A stretch of DNA of 24,000 bases from Candidatus Micrarchaeota archaeon (GTDB lineage Archaea; Micrarchaeota; Micrarchaeia; Micrarchaeales; CABMGC01). The notes under the pieces are model-generated. The model had not been told where the DNA came from, did not search any database, and was given only the letters and a program-made list of their open reading frames with translations. Made by a program: the position numbers and the translations under genes. The stretch lies in assembly GCA_030040265.1 (NCBI GenBank), contig JASHUB010000025.1, positions 4,271 to 28,270 of the forward strand. The letters run 5' to 3'. Below, one piece after another: positions 1-7,346 of the stretch. How positions within the stretch are numbered: the first letter of the stretch is position 1; each line of letters opens with the position of its first letter.

Positions 1-2
1 AG

Positions 3-362
3 AAGATAATGCCCAACATCTCATACTTGATAGACTACAAGATAGCGGCGGAGCTGCTCGCGAAGGCGGGATCGATGCAGCGTCTCGCAACGATGCCGGC
101 GTCGACGATCCAGTTGCTCGGCGCGGAAAAGGCCCTGTTCAAGCACGTCAAGTTCGGCACCAAGGCGCCGAAGTACGGCGTCCTGTTCAAGCTGCCGCAG
201 ATAAGCAACGCGAACAGGAGGGTCCGCGGGAGGCTTGCGAGGCTGTACGCCACGAAGATAAGCATCGCATCGCGCGCCGACGGCATGTCCAAGCGCTTCA
301 TCGCTGACAAGCTGAAGGTCCAGCTCGACAAGGCGGCGCAGAAGATATACAAGATAAAATAG
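3..362 (+). CDS. nop5: Nop5 (Nop56/58-family C/D box sRNP core protein), C-terminal part; 5' end lies outside the window
   Basis: The frame is open to the window edge, so the ATG at 9 is internal. The translation AELLAKAGSMQRLATMPASTIQLLGAEKALFKH..PKYGVLFKLPQI..RGRLARLYATKISIASRAD matches the Nop domain signature (PAStiQ.LGAEKALF, K.G.if, RGk.aR.lA.K..iA.R.D). TAG stop at 360-362. Confidence 0.85.
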   Translation, partial: KIMPNISYLIDYKIAAELLAKAGSMQRLATMPASTIQLLGAEKALFKHVKFGTKAPKYGVLFKLPQISNANRRVRGRLARLYATKISIASRADGMSKRFIADKLKVQLDKAAQKIYKIK

Positions 363-382
363 TCAAGGGAGCCGTAAAAGCC

Positions 383-390
383 TTTAAATA
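383..390 (+). promoter_or_regulatory. TATA box candidate (TTTAAATA) upstream of the radical SAM gene
   Basis: Matches the archaeal TATA consensus TTTAWATA in the intergenic gap. The same 12-mer TTTAAATAACTT recurs at 7301-7312 in another intergenic region. Confidence 0.5.
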
Positions 391-473
391 ACTTGTTGTC
401 TTATTACTCTGTAATAAATATCGCGGAAGAATGGGGACTCTCAACGAGCGCGATTGATATTCATGGTGTATTG

Positions 474-2537
474 ATGCCGAATAACCCGGAACGAAACATG
501 GGAAACGGGGCCGTACAGGAAACGACCTACGACGAGAACCTGACTACAAACATCAACAACAAGCGACCCGAGGTAAAGGAGGTCGCAGGAAACGCTGACG
601 CTCAGAATCCTATACTGGCAGTCTACCACAGGTCCCTCGAGGAACTGGAGAAGATGCCCGTCATAGAGCGCACAAAGACAGTATGCCCAGAGTGCAAGCT
701 CATAATCGACGGCACGATATACAAGGACGGAGACAACGTCATGATTAGGAAGACGTGCGAGAAAGACGGCATGTTCGTCGAGAAGTACTGGGAGGACTAC
801 GACATGTACATCCGCATGCGTGACTTCAACTACTTCGGTCGAGGACTCGACAACCCGAACGTTCTGCTCAAGGGAGAGAACTGCCCGTTCGACTGCGGAA
901 TATGCCAGAGGCACAAGACGCACACCGGACTCGCGAACGTCGTCATAACGAACAGGTGCCACCTATCGTGCTGGTACTGCTTCTTCTACGCGAAGGAGGG
1001 CGAGCCGATCTACGAGCCTACTGTCGAAGAACTGGAGAAGATGTTCATCAGCCTGAAGAACGTGAAGCCCATCCCGGCGAACGCCATGCAGATAACCGGC
1101 GGAGAGCCGACGATGCACCCTAACGTCGTAGAGATAGTCAAGAGGTGCAAGAAGGCCGGCTTCGACCAGATACAGCTCAACACCACAGGCATAAACTTGG
1201 GTGCGAACCCAGACCTGGCGGTGAAGCTGCGAGAAGCAGGCGTAACAACGCTTTACATGTCGTACGACGGAGTGTCCAAGAGGGCGAATCCAAAGAACCA
1301 CTGGGAGACGCCGAAGGCACTGGATGCCGCAAGGAAGGCTCACATCGGTGTCGTGCTCGTGCCAACGGTAATAAGGACGATAAACGACCACGAGCTCGGA
1401 GCGATGATCAACTTCGGCCTCAACAACCTCGATGTCGTAAAGGCGGTCAACTTCCAGCCGGTCTCTCTGGTAGGAAGGATGCCTCCTAGGCTCAGGGAGA
1501 AGCAGAGGATCACCATACCTGGTGCGATCAAGCTCATAGAGGAGCAGACAAACGGCGTCATCGCCAAGGAGGACTGGAAGTCCGTGCCTTACTCGGGCGG
1601 AATAACCAAGTTCATAGAGGCGCTTTCAGGCGACTTCGGATACGACCTGTCGATCCACTTCGCATGCGGCGCAGGCTCGTACCTGTACAAGGACAACGAC
1701 GGCAAGATCACCCCGATAACGAGGTTCCTCGATGTGGACAGCTTCGTCGAGACGCTGCAGGGCGCGATCGAGGAGATGCAGGGCAAGCCGAGGTGGCAGA
1801 GGAAGATCATAGCGGCAAAGGCGCTGCTGAAGCTGCCAAAGTACATCGACAAGAAGAACCAGCCGAAGTCGGTGAACTTCGCTTCGATGCTCACGTCGGT
1901 GCTGCTGAAGCACGACTTCGAGTCCATGGGCGTCTTCCACACCCGCTCGATGTTCGTTGGCATGATGCACTTCCAGGACGAGTGGACGTACGACATCAAG
2001 AGGGTCGAGAAGTGCGACATCCACTACGCGATGCCTGACGGCCAGGTGCTGCCATTCTGCACGTTCAACGTATTCCCAGAAGTATACAGGGACAAGATCC
2101 AGAAGCAGTACAGCATACCTGCCAAGGAATGGGGCGAGACCCATGCCAACTGGAGCTATGCTTCGGACAAGCTGCACAGGGACATAAAGGCCCTAGAGTC
2201 GGACCCTGCGTACATCAGGACGTATGGGCAGATGGTCGACTACTTCGCGCTTCCCGTAAACGGCGGAAAGCATGTCGCTAACTTCGCAAGGCCAACGGAC
2301 AAGGCGGTCGTGCCTCCGATAGTCGCTGTGGCGAAATCGGTGAACGCAACCGCGCCTGCTGTCGTAAGGACCGTGGCGCAGAAGGAGGACAGCTGCGGAT
2401 GCGGCGGCCACGAGGCCAAGCAGGAGTCCAAGGACTCTTGCGGATGCGGCAGCGGAAAGGGCGGCTGCGGATGCGGGAACCAGGCCGAAGCGGCCGGTGA
2501 TTCCTGCGGATGCGGCAAGGGTGGATGCGGCTGCTGA
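474..2537 (+). CDS. Radical SAM enzyme of the MJ0619 / tetraether lipid synthase (Tes, GDGT-MAS) type, with an unusual Cys-Gly-rich C-terminal tail
   Basis: ORF-track frame 393-2537. The track start is TTG; the first in-frame ATGs are at 474 and 498. Motifs read from the translation: Zn-ribbon-like CPEC-x20-CEKDG, then CPFDCGIC, then the canonical radical-SAM CxxxCxxC (NRCHLSCWYCF) and the GGEPT glycine motif. The layout Zn-ribbon + CPxxCGxC + radical SAM is that of the family formerly called class D radical SAM methylase (MJ0619), now assigned to GDGT synthesis. The radical SAM call is strong; the Tes assignment is moderate. Confidence 0.75.
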   Translation: MPNNPERNMGNGAVQETTYDENLTTNINNKRPEVKEVAGNADAQNPILAVYHRSLEELEKMPVIERTKTVCPECKLIIDGTIYKDGDNVMIRKTCEKDGMFVEKYWEDYDMYIRMRDFNYFGRGLDNPNVLLKGENCPFDCGICQRHKTHTGLANVVITNRCHLSCWYCFFYAKEGEPIYEPTVEELEKMFISLKNVKPIPANAMQITGGEPTMHPNVVEIVKRCKKAGFDQIQLNTTGINLGANPDLAVKLREAGVTTLYMSYDGVSKRANPKNHWETPKALDAARKAHIGVVLVPTVIRTINDHELGAMINFGLNNLDVVKAVNFQPVSLVGRMPPRLREKQRITIPGAIKLIEEQTNGVIAKEDWKSVPYSGGITKFIEALSGDFGYDLSIHFACGAGSYLYKDNDGKITPITRFLDVDSFVETLQGAIEEMQGKPRWQRKIIAAKALLKLPKYIDKKNQPKSVNFASMLTSVLLKHDFESMGVFHTRSMFVGMMHFQDEWTYDIKRVEKCDIHYAMPDGQVLPFCTFNVFPEVYRDKIQKQYSIPAKEWGETHANWSYASDKLHRDIKALESDPAYIRTYGQMVDYFALPVNGGKHVANFARPTDKAVVPPIVAVAKSVNATAPAVVRTVAQKEDSCGCGGHEAKQESKDSCGCGSGKGGCGCGNQAEAAGDSCGCGKGGCGC

Positions 2538-2549
2538 TGCAGCGCATCA

Positions 2550-2560
2550 TTTATTTTTCT
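2550..2560 (+). terminator. Oligo-T terminator candidate (TTTATTTTTCT)
   Basis: T-rich run 13 nt after the TGA stop at 2535-2537. The identical 11-mer occurs after the tfb stop at 23624-23634. Archaeal RNAP terminates at oligo-T. Confidence 0.45.
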
Positions 2561-2562
2561 AA

Positions 2563-3228
2563 GTGATTCGATTGGACCATAGGACGGAAAGCAATACAAT
2601 AACGCAGCAGGACAAGGACGCTGTATCGAGCTACGTTGTCGACAAGAACGGCGTGAAGGTCCGTATGCCGTACCAGATGATAAAGCTGGTCGAGTTCGAT
2701 GACATCGACCCGAAAGAGCTGATCGACATACCGCACTCCGCGCGGCTGCAGTACAGGCTTCTCCTCATGGACGCCGTGATAAGGTGCAAGGTCGAGTTCG
2801 TAAAGCGCAAGATCATAGTCATCTACAACCACCCGGAGGCGAAGAACTACAAGGACAAGATAAGCCAGCAGCAGCTCATCGAGTTCCTCGCGAAGGAGGG
2901 CGTGCACGTCAAGCTGGACAAGATGACGGAGCGCGACTTCGACTACTTCAAGGAGCACTACACGTACGCTTTCGAGCCTGAAGTGATCCGAGAATCGGTG
3001 CCGTACGGCTACACCAAGGAGGAGTGGCAGAAGATGAAGGTGCAGACCGAGGCAAAGAAGAAGGAGGAGCACGACAAGAAGGTCAAGGAGCTCGAAGAGA
3101 GATGGGGCGAAGGAAAGAGCGCCCACAAGGACGACGACAAGCCGCACGATGCGCCGCAGGAGAAGCCCGGCGGATTCGTCGGCATGATAAAGGACGCGTT
3201 CGGAAAGCTCAGAAGCATAAACAACTGA
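2563..3228 (+). CDS. Hypothetical protein with a K/E-rich C-terminal tail
   Basis: This is the only long ORF in the interval and has the GC3-rich codon pattern of its neighbours. The start is uncertain: GTG 2563 in the track, with TTG 2572 and ATG 2665 as alternatives. No family recognised. The central part (IKLVEFDD...VIRCKVEFVKRKIIVIYNHPE...ISQQQLIEFLAKEGVHVKL) has a beta-alpha-beta-beta-alpha-beta-like pattern. The C-terminal third is charged low complexity. Confidence 0.6.
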   Translation: MIRLDHRTESNTITQQDKDAVSSYVVDKNGVKVRMPYQMIKLVEFDDIDPKELIDIPHSARLQYRLLLMDAVIRCKVEFVKRKIIVIYNHPEAKNYKDKISQQQLIEFLAKEGVHVKLDKMTERDFDYFKEHYTYAFEPEVIRESVPYGYTKEEWQKMKVQTEAKKKEEHDKKVKELEERWGEGKSAHKDDDKPHDAPQEKPGGFVGMIKDAFGKLRSINN

Positions 3229-3230
3229 TT

Positions 3231-3968
3231 CTAGTAGCTCACGGTCTTGCTGGCCCTTAGTACATCCTTCAGGTCAAGCTCTCCTATCCTGCGGTAAGGC
3301 AACGCGCCACGGTCTGCCATGCGAACGCGGTCATCGAACTGCACAGACAGGCCGCCGTCCCTGCACGCCACCGCGATGTTCAGCCTGTTGCACATGACCC
3401 TGACAGCGACGTCCCTCCCATGGGCGGCCGATACGAACGGCTTATGCCCGGCGAAGTGGTAAGCACCATTGCTTGCCGCGTCAGCCATTATCGGAGGGAT
3501 TATGATCAGTGAGCTGTCGATCGTCATCGGGTTTCCGGGCTCGTGGTTCACCAGCATGGCACAGACTCCGCCACTGTTCGCGTTCAGCGTCGGGTTCTCC
3601 CCGACATAGACCGTGAACGTCGACCTTCGCACAGGCACTTGTGGCACCCCAGTGCGGTAGCCGTCGCCGAACGGCCTACGGACCTTTGCGACCTTTCCGT
3701 CGCTCACGAAGAAAAGCAGGTCCGCGCCTATCTCCCCCTCCCGTACTATTATTGCGGGCAGCGCAACCATCTTCTGGACCTCGGGAGGGTCATAGCTGTG
3801 CTTGCCGATCCTCGTCGCCCTGGCTGCCAGGTTCTGTATCCTGTCCATCAGTGCAAGGTCCAGGGCCGGCGTTCCGACTCCACGCTTGAGCCCAGCGAGC
3901 GCGCTCGCCGTCAGCCCACGGACAGGCATGCTCACCAGGGCCTCTGCATGGTACCCGTTGTTTACCAT
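3231..3968 (-). CDS. Conserved-looking hypothetical protein (245 aa), function not recognised
   Basis: Longest ORF here, with an ATG start at 3968. A TATA-like CTTAAATA (reverse complement of 4002-4009) lies about 35 nt upstream. It is convergent with the previous gene, with a 2-nt gap. No diagnostic motif identified by eye. Confidence 0.6.
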   Translation of the reverse strand: MVNNGYHAEALVSMPVRGLTASALAGLKRGVGTPALDLALMDRIQNLAARATRIGKHSYDPPEVQKMVALPAIIVREGEIGADLLFFVSDGKVAKVRRPFGDGYRTGVPQVPVRRSTFTVYVGENPTLNANSGGVCAMLVNHEPGNPMTIDSSLIIIPPIMADAASNGAYHFAGHKPFVSAAHGRDVAVRVMCNRLNIAVACRDGGLSVQFDDRVRMADRGALPYRRIGELDLKDVLRASKTVSY

Positions 3969-4021
3969 AAGGTCACTAGGTTCGGTATAGGTCGTGGCTG
4001 GTATTTAAGGCTGTCTTCGCG

Positions 4022-5431
4022 TCAGGACTCGAGATTCCCCTTCAGCCCGTCAACAAGCAATCGCATTATCTGGCTGCGGTCGTGCGCGTCGGCCACCTTG
4101 AGGGTGCCGGCGCTCATGTGCCCACCACCCGACTCGATGCCTGCGTATGCCTTCTTCATCTCCGACATCACGCCCAGCAGGTCAGCCTTGTCGCTGATGG
4201 ACTTGTCGACCCTGACAGAGACAAGCTTCCCGAAGTGCAGCACGACGATGCACGGCTCTGTATTGAGCTCGCGCATCTTGTCAAGCAGTTTCGATGCGAA
4301 TCTTCCGGGCAGGGGATAGCGCGCGGATTCGTCGCCCCTGACGTTCTCGAAATCTGCGACGAATATCTTCGCTCCGCCTGCCTGGTACATCTTGACGGCG
4401 CCCAACGCAGAGTCGATTGCCTCGCTCAGCTTGTTCTTCGCATAGCCGAGCAGCTCGTCTGCGCGCGCCTTGTCTTTCAGCACAGTGTCAATCGTCTCCG
4501 GCGTGAGGTTCGAGCTTGCTGAACCGGTGACCACGCGAGTGTCGCTGGTCATCAGGTCGAGCAGCATGGAGAGCCTGCGGCTCTCCTCAGTAGGCGCAGA
4601 GTATTCGCTGTAGTCGCCTATGAACGACGCCTCTTCCAGCTCGCGCGTGTCGACCTCTGAGAAGGTCTTCGCGAACGCGCACGAAAGGAAGCCGGCCGTG
4701 TAGTTTGAGTCCCCGCCGAACCTCCATGGATTCGTGTAGTGCGCAAAGTCAAGCCCCCTGAAACCCTCTATTATGGGGTGGTGGTCCAGCCATATGACGT
4801 CGAATTTGTCGCCGAGCGTGGCTACGCCGTCGTTGCTCTCCAGCGCGGTGCCGAAATCCGTGCAGAGGAGCAGCGGCTTCTCTATGGTGCCGTAGTTGTT
4901 CGCCATAAGCACGTCCGAAGATGCGTCATCGATGCCGTAGAACACGGACCGCTGCATCTTCCACACGGTGTTTCCGAACCGGAAGCCGATGCGCGATTCG
5001 AGATCTGCGAGCGACTTGTACAGCCCGAATGCGCCGGTGGAGCCGTCGGCGTCGTTGTGGAACCTGATTATCACCGGCGCGCCCAGCATCAGCTTCTTCA
5101 GCAGGAGCGCTGCGGATGCCGACAGCCGGTCCCACATCCTTGCCGTGACCTCGTCCAGCGCCTTCACTCCTATCGCATAAGGCTTGTTCGAGACGCAGCG
5201 CCTCGCAGCCTCGGCCGCGGCTTCCCTCGCCACCGATACCGCTGCATCATCGAAAGAGATTGCGGCGCTCTTCACGGTGCCGCCTTCGCCATCGAAGTCT
5301 ATGGTCTCGCCCTCCTTGAGGACTATCTCGCTTCTGTAATATCCGATCTTCGCGGTGGCGGTGTCCACCACGCAGTAGAGCTGCTCGCTCTGGGCATTGC
5401 TGTACTTTATCGAAGCCACCAGTCCCTTCAT
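4022..5431 (-). CDS. DHH-family phosphoesterase (RecJ/GAN-like or NrnA-like) with an extra ~110-aa N-terminal domain
   Basis: DHH motifs occur in the canonical order: RFHNDADGS (DxD), LLCTDFG, IWLDHHP (DHH), and SGGGHMSAG (the GGGH of DHHA1). ATG at 5431 lies 11 nt after the stop of the upstream gene on the same strand. Confidence 0.75.
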   Translation of the reverse strand: MKGLVASIKYSNAQSEQLYCVVDTATAKIGYYRSEIVLKEGETIDFDGEGGTVKSAAISFDDAAVSVAREAAAEAARRCVSNKPYAIGVKALDEVTARMWDRLSASAALLLKKLMLGAPVIIRFHNDADGSTGAFGLYKSLADLESRIGFRFGNTVWKMQRSVFYGIDDASSDVLMANNYGTIEKPLLLCTDFGTALESNDGVATLGDKFDVIWLDHHPIIEGFRGLDFAHYTNPWRFGGDSNYTAGFLSCAFAKTFSEVDTRELEEASFIGDYSEYSAPTEESRRLSMLLDLMTSDTRVVTGSASSNLTPETIDTVLKDKARADELLGYAKNKLSEAIDSALGAVKMYQAGGAKIFVADFENVRGDESARYPLPGRFASKLLDKMRELNTEPCIVVLHFGKLVSVRVDKSISDKADLLGVMSEMKKAYAGIESGGGHMSAGTLKVADAHDRSQIMRLLVDGLKGNLES

Positions 5432-5442
5432 GTTGTTCGTAC

Positions 5443-6516
5443 CTAACTTCCCGTCGTCACGTTGAAGTTCATGCCCTCAACGCAAGCACTGTTTTCGATG
5501 CTGTTGGTTATGTAACTGCAGTAAGTAGCGTTCTTGTACCTGTATGCGAGAGAATAGTAGCACTGATAAGATTCACTCGTGTTGAACTCCGCGCAGATCG
5601 CGATGTTCTTCGTGTTGACGGCCTCCCCGAGCAGCGTGCCCGTCCTGCAGATGCTCTGGTACTGGGAGCTCACCTGCGAGCACTCATCGAGCAGCTGCGT
5701 GTAATTGACAGGGCCTGTAGGTGTCGCCTTCGATATAAGGCCAGCGCAGTAGTCGCCAAGGTTGCCGTTCGAGACGAGGCTGCAGTCGCTTGTGTTCTGC
5801 GCTGCGTATGCGACCAGCGTGTAGCAAACGTCTCTCGGCGAGAACGCGCTCTGGTTTGCCCGCAATGCAGCGAACTCAGCGACCGACTTGATGCTCAGGG
5901 AAGTATCGTAGCTGTATCCCGACGAGCTGAGGTTCGCAAGCACCATCTCGCTGAGGGTGGCATTGGTCCTGTTCGTCACCACGTCGCACAATGCGGCATC
6001 CTCCCCGAGCAGCGCCTGGTTCGTCTGCACGGCCGCGTCGCACGCCTGAGAGCCGGTTGTCGAAGCGATGTCGGCGCATAGCGTCTGGTTGTACTGTTTA
6101 ACTGCGAGGAGCGAGTAGCACGGGGCGGAGCTGCCTGAAGGCATGTAGCTGCAGTCAGACGCGTCGGCCGTAGCGTTCGCTACGAACAGGACGCATGTGG
6201 ATTGGTTCTGTGCGCCGCTTATCTTGCTGCATGTGCCGGCGTTCAGGGTCTTCTCGGCAATCGCGCCGTAGCATCCGTTCGCGCTGCCCGATGGCAGATA
6301 ACCGCAGATAGAGGCGTTGTCCGTGGCCATTGCCAATTGGTTCAGGCACTCATACTTGCTTTGGGTGATAGCCGCGCCCAGGCACTGCTGCAGCGTGCTG
6401 CCCCTCCTAAGCCCGAACGACGCAAGGGCTGCCACGATGACGATCGCGACCACCACCGCATAGATCAGGATCCTGTCGCGTCTCTCCCTCTCCGGATTTG
6501 CCATTGCTGCCTTCAT
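5443..6516 (-). CDS. Membrane-anchored, Cys-rich, sequon-rich extracellular repeat protein
   Basis: N-terminal basic stretch followed by one TM helix (ILIYAVVVAIVIVAALASFGL). The ectodomain has 20 Cys and 13 N-x-S/T sequons, with a recurring unit of the type D/N-x-S-x-C-x-Y-(L/M)-P-S-G-S-x-x-x-C-Y-x-x-(I/L)-A. Starts 9 nt after the KaiC-like gene stop. Confidence 0.7.
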   Translation of the reverse strand: MKAAMANPERERRDRILIYAVVVAIVIVAALASFGLRRGSTLQQCLGAAITQSKYECLNQLAMATDNASICGYLPSGSANGCYGAIAEKTLNAGTCSKISGAQNQSTCVLFVANATADASDCSYMPSGSSAPCYSLLAVKQYNQTLCADIASTTGSQACDAAVQTNQALLGEDAALCDVVTNRTNATLSEMVLANLSSSGYSYDTSLSIKSVAEFAALRANQSAFSPRDVCYTLVAYAAQNTSDCSLVSNGNLGDYCAGLISKATPTGPVNYTQLLDECSQVSSQYQSICRTGTLLGEAVNTKNIAICAEFNTSESYQCYYSLAYRYKNATYCSYITNSIENSACVEGMNFNVTTGS

Positions 6517-6525
6517 GCCATCAAG

Positions 6526-7260
6526 TCAACCGAAGGCCGAGGTTATGTCCTCGGCGGCTATAACCCTGAAGCCGGACGGCGATATGTCATACGGCGCAGT
6601 CACGAAACTGTGCTTCGACCCGCGCATCTTTATTATCTCCAATGCCGGCATCCTTTTCTGCTCCTCTTCGGTCTGGTACATTATTATTATACCGTCAAAC
6701 ATAAAATACTCTGGTTTGAACCTGAGCCGGTTCCGGTCCGGGTCGTCGAGCTGCGCTATGAGGAGCGAGGTGACGCCCATCCTCTTCAGGTCCTTTATCA
6801 TCGAGAGGCTAGCCTTCCTGAACGCCACTTTGTTGCTTATGAGGACATCGAGCAGCGACACCGTGTCGAGCACTATCCTGGTGGCGCCAGATGCGGTTAT
6901 GTCCCCTTCCATCTCGGATATGAACCTGCCGAAGTTGTATTCCGGGTTCTGCGCGTCGTCGAAGAGGCCCATCGCCGCTTCTGAGTTCACGGTTATCTTC
7001 TTCTGCCTGATCAGCGAGTCCATGTCCTTCAATTCCGGGAACGCTGCCTTCACGTTGTTCATGACGGAGCGCGTGTCCTCCTCAAGCGCAAACAATATCC
7101 CCGACTCGCCCATGAGCGCATTCCTGTACAGGTACTCGAACCCGAGCAGCGTCTTGCCTGCTCCAGGCCCGCCTGCAAGCAGCACCTGGTCCCTGTCCGG
7201 TATCCCGCCAAACAGCATGGCATCCAGGCCAGGTATGCCGGTTTTCACTTTCCCCTCCAT
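6526..7260 (-). CDS. KaiC-like / RecA-superfamily ATPase (single domain)
   Basis: The N-terminus GIPGLDAMLFGGIPDRDQVLLAGGPGAGKT (Walker A) and RIVLDTVS (Walker B) are typical of single-domain archaeal KaiC/RadA-like ATPases (244 aa). ATG at 7260. Confidence 0.8.
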   Translation of the reverse strand: MEGKVKTGIPGLDAMLFGGIPDRDQVLLAGGPGAGKTLLGFEYLYRNALMGESGILFALEEDTRSVMNNVKAAFPELKDMDSLIRQKKITVNSEAAMGLFDDAQNPEYNFGRFISEMEGDITASGATRIVLDTVSLLDVLISNKVAFRKASLSMIKDLKRMGVTSLLIAQLDDPDRNRLRFKPEYFMFDGIIIMYQTEEEQKRMPALEIIKMRGSKHSFVTAPYDISPSGFRVIAAEDITSAFG

Positions 7261-7300
7261 GAGTGCATCTCTCTAGAACATATCAGATTGGATACTACCT

Positions 7301-7308
7301 TTTAAATA
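7301..7308. promoter_or_regulatory. TATA box candidate in a divergent intergenic region (TTTAAATA)
   Basis: Lies between the divergent starts at 7260 (-) and 7347 (+). Same 12-mer as at 383-394. Confidence 0.45.
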
Positions 7309-7346
7309 ACTTCAGATGCCTATATACGACGTATTCTGGGGTCAAA

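Noticed and set aside
393-473. TTG start at 393 for the radical SAM gene (ORF-track start)
   Set aside because: It lies only 3 nt after the TATA-like element at 383-390, so it would be upstream of any transcript start from that promoter. In-frame ATGs at 474 and 498 are more plausible.
441-2177. Several long minus-strand or off-frame ORFs inside the radical SAM gene (e.g. 441-962, 963-1391, 1626-2177)
   Set aside because: They are antisense or out of frame with a gene that has strong motifs. Their translations are Arg/Val/His-rich low-complexity sequence, typical of shadow ORFs in GC-rich coding DNA.
2385-2537. The repeated TGCGGATGCGG units as a possible CRISPR or other non-coding repeat array
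   Set aside because: The units are 11 nt with irregular 16-34 nt spacing and lie in frame within a coding tail (Cys-Gly-Cys). There is no spacer/repeat architecture.
2551-3147. 198-aa minus-strand ORF opposite the 2563-3228 gene
   Set aside because: Leu/Val/His-rich shadow frame. The plus-strand frame has host-like codon usage and sensible protein composition.
4739-5446. 235-aa plus-strand ORF
   Set aside because: Antisense to the DHH phosphoesterase, which carries all family motifs.
6526-7260. Circadian-clock KaiC or archaellum ArlH (FlaH) assignment for the ATPase
   Set aside because: It is a single-domain protein with no kaiA/kaiB or arl/fla genes in the window. Only the generic KaiC-like/RecA-superfamily call is supportable.
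6202-7276. Plus-strand ORFs 6202-6984 and 6515-7276
   Set aside because: Antisense to the Cys-rich protein and the KaiC-like ATPase (Walker A/B present on the minus strand). Their composition is atypical.
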